A stretch of DNA of 24,289 nt from Prasinococcaceae sp. CCMP 1430 (GCA_013416795.1 RQSC01000026.1:270349-294637); one strand, 5' to 3'. Counted from the first letter of the stretch, positions 1 through 9,164 are shown. Notes: a model not told the origin generated them from the letters alone. Numbers and translations are program-made.

Positions 1-1
1 C

Positions 2-520
2 GAGTGCGGCGGCGGCGGCGGCGGCGGGGGCGCGGCTGCCGCGACGGCGGAGGGGGAGGTCGCGAGCGATGCGCTTGCAGCGGGCAGCAGGCACCCGCGC
101 GCGGCAGCGGCGCTGCTCGCAGCGGCACGCGGGGAGGGCGGCGTGGGGGCGGAAGCGCTGCTCAAGCCTACGAAGGTGCGCGGCGTGTGGCGCAAGCCAC
201 CCATCAGGCCGCGCGTCGCGCGCCAGGTGCGTCGCGAGTTCGACGCTTGGGGCATCGCGTGGCCGCTTGTAGACACCAGTGCTCCCAAGGCGCATCCGTA
301 CGACCGCTGGCTGAAGGGCTCCCGCGCGGACGTCGAGGGTGCAGAGCACCGCAAGACCGTCGAGGACAAGATGCGCGCGATGCCCAAGCTCGTCGCCGAA
401 TACCGCGCTGCGCGCAAGGCCGCGAGGGAGCCGAAGAGGGGCAAGGAGGCCGAGCACATCTTCGATCAGCTCTTCACGCCCCCCAGCGTCATGCGCCAGC
501 GCATCAAGCGCGCGGCGGGC
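2..520 (+). CDS. Mitochondrial ribosomal protein mL59 (MRP-L25)-like; 5'-partial, no stop where expected
   Basis: Frame open from the window edge (143 is only a GTG). LLKPTKVRGVWRKPPIRPRVARQVRREF..WP..KGSRADVEGAEHRKTVEDKMRAMPKLVAEYRAARK..IFDQLF fits my recollection of the mL59 pattern (P..v.g.W.kP....R..A.lr; KG.k..r...R...m..MP..ia.yr). Recognised by eye, not by search. Confidence 0.65.
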
Positions 521-530
521 GCGCGGCGCG

Positions 531-1259
531 GTGGCGGCGCTCTTCGCCGAAGGGCGCGCGGCGCACGCGCCGCAGATCGCGCTGCCCTCGGACCTGTCGG
601 GCGGCGTCGCGGTGGACGCGACGCTGCCGCTGCCGCTGCGAGAGGCCAACAGGCTGCTCTTCGGGCCAGACACGGCCTTCGCGCCCGAGTGGTTCGCGCG
701 AGCCAACATTCGCGAGGCGCGCATCGGCGAGTGGGAGGGCGCCGGCGGCATGGCGCGCGCGTCGCGCTCGCTGACGTACACGGCGCCGGGGACGCTGGTG
801 AGCGCGCCGTCGCCAGCGCGGGAGATGCAGACGTACACGCACGCGGCCCCGGAGCGTGGCGTCTACGCCGTGGACGTCCTCGTGGATCCGGGCCCCAAGG
901 TGCCGCTGGGGAAGGTCCTCAGAATCAGGTGGCGGTGCGTGCGCGTCCACGCGAGGCGCGCGGCGCCGCCGTTGGTCCGCCGCTGGGCCCGATGGTGGCG
1001 CTGACGCCTATCCCCCCCCCCCCCCCCCCCCCTTTGCGCCGCCTCCTCTCTGCCGCCCGCAAGGTACGTGATGTGGGCCGACGGCGCGCGCCGCACGCGC
1101 CTGCGCCTGACGTGCGCGGTCTTCTGGCTGCGCAGGCCGGCGCTCGGCCGGCGCCTGCTCGAGCGCGCGGCGCTCGGCGAGCTGCGGAGCGCCGGCGGCA
1201 AGATGCAGCGCCTGCTGGAGCTGCGGTGGCATGCGACGCCGGCCGTCGCATGCCCGTAA
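531..1259 (+). CDS. VASt (StARkin/LAM-type lipid-transfer) domain; two exons, about 531-934 and 1064-1259; no ATG of its own
   Basis: Spliced translation VDATLPLPLREANRLLFGPDTAF..IGEW..RSLTYTAP..EMQTY..VYAVDV..PKVPLGKVLRIRWR|YVMW..TRLRLTCAVFWLRRP..LLERAALGELR follows the VASt pattern. Intron 935-1063 has a GTGCGT donor, a CTGAC branch, a poly-C tract and an AAG acceptor, and restores the frame. Confidence 0.75.
1012..1032 (+). repeat. C21 homopolymer inside the VASt intron
   Basis: Direct read; lies between the CTGAC branch site and the acceptor. Confidence 0.9.
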
Positions 1260-1275
1260 TAAACAGACTGTACTC

Positions 1276-1845
1276 TCACTGGTCGGTGAACGCGCCGGCG
1301 GCGGCGACGGCCTCCTTGAGCTTGGTGAGCACCTCCTCGTCCTTGGTGAGCGGATTGCGCTCGTCGGCGGTGGCGATGTCGAGCGCAGTCTGGCCCTTGG
1401 CGTTGACCTTCTTGGCGGCGGCGCCGCTGCGCAGCAGCAGCAGCAGCGGCTCGCGCCGCCCGTAGCCAGCCGCGTAGACGAGGGGCGTGTTGCCGCCCTT
1501 GTCCGTGGCGTTGACGTTGCAGCCCTCGTTGATGAGCACGCGGGTGGCCTCCAGCTTGTCGTACGCCACCGCCAGGTGGAGCGCGGTGCGGCCCTCCTCG
1601 TCCACGCCGTTCATGTCGACGTTGGTCGCGGCAAAGTCCTCGATGGCCTCGACGTCGCCCGCCTTGGCCGCGTCGAAGATGTCGTTGATCTCGAAGTACT
1701 CCTCCGGCGCCGCCTGCGCGGCGGGCGGCGCCTGCGCGCCCGCCGCGGCCATCTTCCGCTGCTGGTACTCCTGCATGGCCTGGCCGAACTTGCGCACGAA
1801 CTCGTCGTCCTGGTAGTACTCGGTGAGCGCCTCCTGGCCGCGCTC
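1276..1845 (-). CDS. AKR2-like ankyrin-repeat protein (STI1-like helix plus C-terminal ankyrin repeats); 5' end unresolved
   Basis: EALTEYYQDDEFVRKFGQAM resembles plant AKR2 AMMKYWND..LQKLGEAM, followed by DAAKAGDVEAI, DEEGRTALHLAVAY, DKGGNTPLVYAAGYGRRE and NAKGQTALDIA. Candidate acceptor CAG at 1848-1846 with GCTGAC branch at 1890-1885. Confidence 0.8.
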   Translation of the reverse strand, partial: ERGQEALTEYYQDDEFVRKFGQAMQEYQQRKMAAAGAQAPPAAQAAPEEYFEINDIFDAAKAGDVEAIEDFAATNVDMNGVDEEGRTALHLAVAYDKLEATRVLINEGCNVNATDKGGNTPLVYAAGYGRREPLLLLLRSGAAAKKVNAKGQTALDIATADERNPLTKDEEVLTKLKEAVAAAGAFTDQ

Positions 1846-2005
1846 CTGGCGACGCGCGAGTCCAGCGGCGCGAGCGACGCGCGGGTCAGCCGAGGCGCGG
1901 CGGCGCGCGGGCGGCGGCGTGGCAGACGCGCTGCGCAACACCGACGACGCGCTGCCGGTGGCCGCCAAGGATGGCGCGACCGCCGACAAGGCGGCGGCGC
2001 TGCGC

Positions 2006-3391
2006 ATGACAGGGCTCGACAGGGACGCCATGCGCTCCGTGCTGGGGCTCGTGACGCTAGACCGCGCCACGCTGGTGGCAAGCGCCGGCACGCTGCGCTA
2101 CTGCGTCGAGTTCGCCGGGCTGCTCGTGTACATGGTCGTGTGCGACCGCACGGAGGCGTTTGGCACTGGCGAGAAGACATATTCCCGTGACGTGTTCTTC
2201 TTCATCTATGGGTGCCTGTGCTTCGGCGCCTTCGCCACATCGCTGCGTTTTCACGAGGGCCCCGACGCGAGCAAGCTGCTCAACCGCGACGTCACAGAGG
2301 AGTGGAAGGGGTGGATGCAGGTTCTCTTCCTGCTGTACCACTACTTTAACGCGGCCGAGCAGTACAACTCCATCCGGCTGTACATCGCCTGCTACGTGTG
2401 GATGACCGGCTTCGGCAACTTCAGCTACTACTATGTGCGCCAGGATTTTTCGGTGACGCGTTTTGCCCAGATGATGTGGCGGCTCAACTTTCTCGTATTC
2501 TTTGTGTGCGCGGCGTTGGGCAACTCGTACATGTTGTACTACATCAATCCCATGCACACACTCTTTACGCTGATGGTGTACGCTACGCTGGGGATCGCTC
2601 ACCAGCACAACTCGAACAACGCCTTCCTGCTGTTCAAGATTGCGGCGTGCTCGCTGCTGACCGTCGTGGTGTGGGAGGTCCCGGGCGTCTTCAAGTTGCT
2701 GAGCCGGCCGTTTGAGTTCCTGCTGGGCTACTCTGACCCGCGCCATCCGGAGCTCGACCCGCTGCACGAGTGGGAGTTCCGCTCGGGACTCGACAGGTAC
2801 ATTTGGATCGTGGGCATGCTGTATGCCTACGCGCACCCACGCCTCAACGAGCTTTTCGAGCGCGTGGACACGCTGCCGCAGCACACGCGCTGGGCAGTGC
2901 GCGCGGCCGGGCTCGGAGCGTGCGCCGTCGTCATGGTGCCGTACTACAACACGGTCTTCTCGCTGGGCAAGTACGAGTACAACGCGTGGCACCCATACAC
3001 CTCCTTCATCCCCATTACCGTCTTCATTGTGCTGCGCAATTACACGCAAACGCTGCGCTGCCACACGCTCACGCTCTTCTCGTGGCTGGGCAAGATCACG
3101 CTGGAGACGTACGTCATGCAATTCTCCATCTGGATGCTGTGCAGGCAACCAGACGCGCAGCCCAAGCTGCTGATGGTGTGGGTGGAGGGTTATCCGCTCA
3201 TCAACTTTGGCCTCGTGTCAATGGTGTACATAGGCGTGGCGCAGAGGTTGTTCACCATCACCAACGAGCTCAAGCGCGTCGTGCTGCCCAACCACGCCAA
3301 CAAGATGGCCACCAACTTGCTCGCGTGCGCGTTGGCGGTGCTGGTCTTTTACGTGGCGGGCTGGACAACGAAAACCTTTTTGTTGGCGTAG
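2006..3391 (+). CDS. RWA: REDUCED WALL ACETYLATION / CAS1-family (Cas1_AcylT) multi-pass O-acetyltransferase component; intronless
   Basis: Motifs shared with plant RWA: LNRDVTEEWKGWMQVLFLLYHYF, YVWMTGFGNFSYYY, RFAQMMWRLNF, YYINPMHTLFTLMVY, EWEFRSGLDRYIWIVGMLYAY, HPYTSFIPIT, WLGKITLETY. The first in-frame ATG is 2006, but the frame is open and protein-like from about 1919. Confidence 0.93.
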   Translation: MTGLDRDAMRSVLGLVTLDRATLVASAGTLRYCVEFAGLLVYMVVCDRTEAFGTGEKTYSRDVFFFIYGCLCFGAFATSLRFHEGPDASKLLNRDVTEEWKGWMQVLFLLYHYFNAAEQYNSIRLYIACYVWMTGFGNFSYYYVRQDFSVTRFAQMMWRLNFLVFFVCAALGNSYMLYYINPMHTLFTLMVYATLGIAHQHNSNNAFLLFKIAACSLLTVVVWEVPGVFKLLSRPFEFLLGYSDPRHPELDPLHEWEFRSGLDRYIWIVGMLYAYAHPRLNELFERVDTLPQHTRWAVRAAGLGACAVVMVPYYNTVFSLGKYEYNAWHPYTSFIPITVFIVLRNYTQTLRCHTLTLFSWLGKITLETYVMQFSIWMLCRQPDAQPKLLMVWVEGYPLINFGLVSMVYIGVAQRLFTITNELKRVVLPNHANKMATNLLACALAVLVFYVAGWTTKTFLLA

Positions 3392-4037
3392 TGATCACTG
3401 AACGATTTGGTGCACACCCACTGGCGCGCGCGCGCGTGCCTGCTGCTGTGCTGTAGCTCCTTCGCTCTCGCTCGCCCGCCGCGCGGGAGCAGACGCGCGG
3501 CTTGCAGGCACAAAAAACGGGTGCATTTTAAAAGTCGTGTGGTAGAGCAGTCACACGCGAACAGCCGATGGCGTCGTCGAAGAGAGTGTGAGAGCTCGTG
3601 CTGTCGATCCACCCACCTTGTGGCTGCTGCTTGTCGAAGCGTGAATGAAGGTGCACATGGTACTGCAAGTGTTTGTGTGGACCCCTCGTGTCCTCCTCAT
3701 TAGGAAGGGCAGTCGCCGGTCGAAGAAAAAAGTATAGCAAGTGCGTCCCGTGGGGCGTGCTCTTGGTTTGCGCCACCTCGTACGAGGCTGTCAATGGCAC
3801 GGCTGGCTCGCTCCACAGTACGACGTCCCCGCTTTTCGTTATCCCGCAATTATGGCCATGCGGCCCCGTCTGGCCGTCATTTATTTGCTCCGCAGCCGCT
3901 TGCCGCGCCTTCGTTGAGGTTTAGCCGTCGACGGACCGCGCTGTCGCGCGCGTGTCACATCGTACGGGCAAGAAGTCGGCTGCCCTCTGCTATCCGGAGG
4001 GAGGAGCAGGGTAGGAGCAGAGCCGTGTCTGCAGTAG

Positions 4038-7000
4038 CTAGCTGGCCCCGCCGGCAGTATCTGGCGTGTTCGGAGCGTGGCTTGCCTGCGGCCTCTCCAG
4101 CACGGCGCGCAGCTTCTGTTCGAGGACGGACAGCCGCGCTGCCGCCTTTGCTCCCGCTGCTGGCCACTCGTCCCTTTTAATTTGGATGACCGCCCAACCG
4201 GCGAGCTCCAGGAGCAGGCAGCGGCAGAACTGTTGCCCGACCACGATGCGAGCGTTCCGTAGGGTGTCGGACGAGGAGATGAGCATAATAGCGACGCGCT
4301 GCGTGCGCACGGTGAGAGTCAGCGGCGCGCGAGCGAGCGCGTCCGGCGTGAGCGACTCGGATTCTCCCTGGCCAGAATCGACGCCGACCGCCATGCCAGT
4401 GCCACCCAGCGACTGCTTGACCTCGTCACAGAATCCGTGCGTGGCGTCTACCGCGTGACGCTCGTTGCGGTCGATGATGCAACGCGCTGCGTGTTCCGCT
4501 TCTGCGCTCATCAAGCTGGGCACAGCACCGCTCGGGGCGAGCGCCCTCGCCACCCTCGAGGCTACGGCGAGCCTGCAGAGACCCGTCTCGGAGAACGCGC
4601 GCACCGGCATGGAGCACGCAGTCTCCATGACCCTGAAAAAGGGCTCAGAGGTTATGTTGGTGGGGGCGGCTTCGACGGAAGATGTGACCGCGTTGGTGTC
4701 CTCTGCGAGCGGGGTAGCAGAGGGCTCGTCTCCGCCTCGAGCCTCTCTCGCTGAGAGCCACCTCAGCTTTGCGCTGACGTCACTGAGCGCTGCGGCCCAT
4801 GCCAGCGCGGCCATGTCGTCGGCTTCCCTGCGCTGATCGAGCATGCGCCCGGCTGCGGCCAGCAAGTTCACCATGATCTGGGCCGAGTTGCGCGGCGCCG
4901 GTTCCATCTTCGCACACGCCCTCGCTGCCATGCACACTGAGGACCACGGCAATGCGTGCGCGTCCGCCGCCACCAGTGCTGCGGCCTTGTCAAACGCGGG
5001 GTGCGCGTACCGGAACTCTGCGAGCGCCCACATGACAAACGCTGCGTGCGTCGGGCTGAGGCCCTTGACTCGCCCGGCAACGAGCTGGCACAGCTCATCG
5101 CATAGCGCCGCGCCCGGGAAATGCCCCATCTTCGCAAAGCTCCACATGAGCACGGACAGTTGGTCCGCCGAGTGGAGAGTCGCGCACCTGCCCAGGATTG
5201 CCTTCGATGCGGCGCGCAGCAGCTCTGAGGGGGCCTCGGCGCCCGGTGCGTGTCGGTCGGCGCTCGACCAGAGGATGCGGACGGTGTTGCCGATGTCTTC
5301 CGACGACGCGACCATTCCGACGTCGCCGTGCCGCTCCGGTGTGCCGAGCGGGCGTAGCAAGGCGCACGCGCTCTGCTGCAAACGGCAAAAGAGCTCTTTC
5401 GCGGCGGCACCCGCGTGGGCGTCAGATGACAGCGCGCGCATCGCTTCCGCTATGTTCTCGAGCAGCGCAGTAGAGAGGTCTGCGGCAGCAAGGGCATCGG
5501 TTGCTAGGCGCATGATGCCAACGCGGCGGTCACACGTGGCCACAGTCGCGGCGCGCAAGAGCATGCACAGCTCGTTGCTCGATACGTTCGACAGCGGGGA
5601 TGGCGACGTCGCATCCAAGCGGTCCGCGATGTAATCGATAACCCGGTCGAGCGCCTGGAGCTCGCCAAGTCCGGCGAGTGCCCAAGCGAGCTGCGTGGCA
5701 GATACGAGAGGTAGCACGCCGCTGCCCGGACTCTGCATGGGGGTCTCGAGCGCAGACATGATGAGTGCCAGCCAACCTCGGCTCGGATGGCAGCCCAGCC
5801 TGCCGAATGACCAGACGAGATTCGCGAGCTCCGTGGGCTCGTACTCGCCGATGCGAGCCTGCACCTGCTGCGTGATGTCGTCGAGCAGCTTCTGTCCGGG
5901 ATCCGCGCGCAGGTGCGCATGCGCCCAGAGCAGGTTGGTGACGTGGAGCGGCGCGAACGAAGCTAGCGACGACAGCGCCTGGCTCTGGACCGCGCGCAGC
6001 ATGCTCGGGCTGGGCCGCTCGTCCAGCATGGCGAATGACATCAGCAAGATGCTCAGCGAGAGCGGGTTGAAGTCCGTGATCATCTGGACCACCTGCTCGG
6101 CGATCGAAGCCAGCAGGAGGCGCCCGGGATGGTGCCCCAGCTGGCCAAAGCCGAAGATGAGGTTTGAGATCTCGTGCGCGCCGAAGGCAGCAATGATGCG
6201 CTGGGTGCGCACCGCCGTGCCCTCCAGGAATTGTAACCCCGGGTGAAAGTCGAGCGCCGCCAGTGACCATAGGATCATGGATACGTCGGCCGGCTGGAAC
6301 GAGCCAAGGAAGTGCATTGCGTGGCTGGTCACCTGCTGCAGCAAGGCCTCCCCTGGGTGGTGCTTGAGCGACGCGAACGCCCACAGGCAGTTGCCCACGG
6401 CCTGCGGCCGGTTGAAGAGCGCGAGCTTGCGCAGCATCTCCGAGCCGATGGCATTCATGAGTACGGGCGAGTAGTGCCCGAGAGATGCGTACGCCCAAGC
6501 CGTGTTGCTCAGCGCCTGAGGGTTGAAGCCCGGCACGCGCGAGGGCATGGCAGTCGCGACTGCTTCGAAGAGCGGGGCGGGGTGGTATCCCAGCGTCGCG
6601 TACGCCCAGCACGTATTCGAAATGTTCTGCGCGTTGTATCCGCACAGCTTCGCCTCTGCCTCGACGGCGACCGCCTCCATCAGCGGTATCGAGACGACTC
6701 CGAGCGTGGCGAATGACCAGATGCAATTCGAAAGCTCCTGCGGCTTCGCGTCACGGCTCCGAACAACCATCGCCATGGCGACGTCCTCGCACAGCGCGTC
6801 GCCCGGGTGGAAGGAGAGTGTGGCGTACGCCCAGATCGTGTTGGCGAGCTCTTGGCAATTGAAGGTCGTGATGCGCTTGCAGCATTCAGTGGCGGCGGCC
6901 CGAAGAATAGGCGCGATCCCGTGCGCGCGCTTGAGCGTGCTGAAGCCCCACAGCGTGTTGGCCAGGTTCCGCGATCCGAACTCCCCATTCTCGATCTTGC

Positions 7001-8393
7001 GTAGCACGACTGAGCAGAGCTGGCGAAAGACAGGCGACGACACGACCTGCTCGACGGTCGCCTGGCAGAAGCCCGTCTTGTACAGCTTCGCGCACTTGTG
7101 AATGGCCGTCGACGCGTTCACGGCGTTGAACACGTGCATGTGCTGCGCAATCACGTGCAAAAGCTCCTCCACGCTGTTGGCCGCTGTGAGCTGCACGTTG
7201 AGCATGCGCGCTTCGAAAGGGCGCAGGGCGTAGTGAATGTGTTGCGGCGGCTGCGGTGGCTGGGCGCGCCCCATCGCCATCCCCTGCTGAGCGGCCATTC
7301 GCGCAAACATGGCCTCAGCCGCTGACTGCCCGCCGGGGCTGGCTCTGCCGGCGGAGGGTAGCCGTGGATCGGCGTGCAGCGTGCGCGCAGGGGCTGCGCC
7401 CGTCGAGAAGCCCAGCGGAGCCGGAAACGTTGGCTCATACCCGGGCGGGGATGGCTGCAGGGCAGGCTGCGCCTGCGACGGCCCACTCACGATCGGGAAC
7501 AAAGCCCGCCGGCCGCCATGTGCTTCGACGGTTGCGGACGCGCGCAGCTCCTCGGGCCACGGGTTCAGTGACTGACGGAGCTGTCGGCGCGGCGAAGCAA
7601 ACGGTGCAGTGGTCCTGGTCGCACTGCCCCGGATGGACAGGCGCTCGGCGGCTCCGCGAAGCGCTGCCAAGCCTTGTGGGTCTGCATCGAGGTTCTCGTC
7701 ACCTGGCCTCTGCGCGGGATCCTTGCCTCGCGGCGCACATGAGTCGTTCGGACCCTGTTCGCTCCTGCTGCCGCCGAGGACAGGACGGGGGGCAACGTAC
7801 GCATGCGCGGCAGCCGCGTTGACGTTCGCCGGGTGGAGCGCAGCGCGCCCTTCGGTGAGCCCCCCCGGAAAGGCCGTCGCAGAAGTAGTGCTCCCCGTCG
7901 GCTCGGTCGGCGTCGACGATCGCCCACTGGCAGTCATGTCATCGCCTATCCAGCCGAAACGCGAGCCATACGAGCAGAAAGCCGTCCTGTCGCTGCTGCC
8001 AGGAGCGCTGCCCAGGGACGGCACTCCGTCGCTCGAGCCGATGGCATCGCTTCCTAGGTCGTCGGGGTACGACGCAGCCCGGTCGTCCCCAAGCCCAGCA
8101 GCCGCGACGGCCGCCGCCGTCGCACCCGCGCTCGCAGCATCCAGGGAGGCATTGCGCGAGAGACAAGGCCTGCTCCCGGCATCGCTGCGGACGCTGGCCG
8201 GGGTGCCAGGGAGATCCCCGCTGGCCTCGGAGTCGGCGACGGTGTCCAACGATCCGCTGCGCAGGCGCCGGTGGTGCCCGCGCTCACACTGCCCCTCGCC
8301 ACTATCGCCGCCCTTCAGCGGTGCACTGGCCGAGCGCAGCAACACGCTCGCGCTCTCTGCCGGCGGCGGCGCAGCAGCGAGCGCCCCTTCCAT
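4038..8393 (-). CDS. Large octotricopeptide-repeat (OPR)/FASTK-like helical-repeat protein with C-terminal RAP-like domain (1451 aa, apparently intronless)
   Basis: Many ~38-aa repeats (FNCQELANTIWAYATLSFHP, FNPQALSNTAWAYASLGHYS, YEPTELANLVWSFGRLGCHP). A lead-in LNVQLTAANSVEELL..FNAVNASTAIHK precedes them, and the C-terminus has LLLELAGWAVIQIKRDEW (RAP end motif). Confidence 0.88.
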   Translation of the reverse strand: MEGALAAAPPPAESASVLLRSASAPLKGGDSGEGQCERGHHRRLRSGSLDTVADSEASGDLPGTPASVRSDAGSRPCLSRNASLDAASAGATAAAVAAAGLGDDRAASYPDDLGSDAIGSSDGVPSLGSAPGSSDRTAFCSYGSRFGWIGDDMTASGRSSTPTEPTGSTTSATAFPGGLTEGRAALHPANVNAAAAHAYVAPRPVLGGSRSEQGPNDSCAPRGKDPAQRPGDENLDADPQGLAALRGAAERLSIRGSATRTTAPFASPRRQLRQSLNPWPEELRASATVEAHGGRRALFPIVSGPSQAQPALQPSPPGYEPTFPAPLGFSTGAAPARTLHADPRLPSAGRASPGGQSAAEAMFARMAAQQGMAMGRAQPPQPPQHIHYALRPFEARMLNVQLTAANSVEELLHVIAQHMHVFNAVNASTAIHKCAKLYKTGFCQATVEQVVSSPVFRQLCSVVLRKIENGEFGSRNLANTLWGFSTLKRAHGIAPILRAAATECCKRITTFNCQELANTIWAYATLSFHPGDALCEDVAMAMVVRSRDAKPQELSNCIWSFATLGVVSIPLMEAVAVEAEAKLCGYNAQNISNTCWAYATLGYHPAPLFEAVATAMPSRVPGFNPQALSNTAWAYASLGHYSPVLMNAIGSEMLRKLALFNRPQAVGNCLWAFASLKHHPGEALLQQVTSHAMHFLGSFQPADVSMILWSLAALDFHPGLQFLEGTAVRTQRIIAAFGAHEISNLIFGFGQLGHHPGRLLLASIAEQVVQMITDFNPLSLSILLMSFAMLDERPSPSMLRAVQSQALSSLASFAPLHVTNLLWAHAHLRADPGQKLLDDITQQVQARIGEYEPTELANLVWSFGRLGCHPSRGWLALIMSALETPMQSPGSGVLPLVSATQLAWALAGLGELQALDRVIDYIADRLDATSPSPLSNVSSNELCMLLRAATVATCDRRVGIMRLATDALAAADLSTALLENIAEAMRALSSDAHAGAAAKELFCRLQQSACALLRPLGTPERHGDVGMVASSEDIGNTVRILWSSADRHAPGAEAPSELLRAASKAILGRCATLHSADQLSVLMWSFAKMGHFPGAALCDELCQLVAGRVKGLSPTHAAFVMWALAEFRYAHPAFDKAAALVAADAHALPWSSVCMAARACAKMEPAPRNSAQIMVNLLAAAGRMLDQRREADDMAALAWAAALSDVSAKLRWLSAREARGGDEPSATPLAEDTNAVTSSVEAAPTNITSEPFFRVMETACSMPVRAFSETGLCRLAVASRVARALAPSGAVPSLMSAEAEHAARCIIDRNERHAVDATHGFCDEVKQSLGGTGMAVGVDSGQGESESLTPDALARAPLTLTVRTQRVAIMLISSSDTLRNARIVVGQQFCRCLLLELAGWAVIQIKRDEWPAAGAKAAARLSVLEQKLRAVLERPQASHAPNTPDTAGGAS

Positions 8394-9164
8394 CGGGCGG
8401 CGGCGGCAGCGGCGCCGATGATCGCAGCGTCGCGCAGTAGGGCCGGGCCGACCTGGAGGCGACGCTCGCCCGCGTGCGCTGCGGGCCGCGGCCGCGAGCC
8501 CGCGACACCGCGGTGCTTATCTCGGAACGCCTTTCGATCGAAAACGCGCGTATTTGGCATTGCCGCCCAGAGTCGAAAATCGCGCGCGCTCGCGCGGCGT
8601 CAGCGCCCGGCGGAGCGCGCGCGCACACGGCTCCCTCCCTGCCCCCGCCCCACTCGCGCGCCTCCGCGGTGGCCCGCAGGGCCGCGGGCGAGCGCGATCC
8701 GCGATGCATCTCCTCTTCTAACGTCGTGGACACGCACTTCGTGTAGTAAAATGCCTGCAGCGCGAAGCGCGCCGCCGCCGCGACCGCGACGGCCGCCTCC
8801 CAGCGCATCNGCAGAGGGCCCGACGGCCCCGCGTGGCGGTGCGGGCCCGGCCGGCTCTCGCGCCGCGCGCGCCCCGTCGCCTCGCCGCACAGACAGTACA
8901 GTAGTCTCAATGAGTCGCCAGCAGAAGGTAGGCGCGAGGCGGCGACAGGTCTTCCAAGCGGGCGAGGCATGCGCCGCTTCGAAGCCGTGCGCCACTCCAC
9001 CCACCCACAGCCACACGCCGCCACGCCACCGCGACCACTCACAGGCCTCGCGGCTGCGGTCATCAGCCGATGAGCGCCGTCGTCGCCATCGCACTCGAGC
9101 GATTGACGTGCTGCGTCACCGGGTCGCCCCACGCTGGACACGTCGATCGAAGCGAAGCGAACAC

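Noticed and set aside
4-1465. Long Arg/Ala/Gly-rich ORFs 4-774, the tail of 143-1465 and 1231-2190
   Set aside because: Shadow frames of real genes in very high-GC DNA; no domain-like content.
3392-4037. Relatively AT-rich 646-nt gap with a 12-bp palindrome (CCTCGTACGAGG) as a possible ncRNA or as missing AKR2 exons
   Set aside because: No tRNA, snRNA, SRP or RNase P motifs recognised, and minus-strand translations do not resemble AKR2; explained as convergent 3' UTRs.
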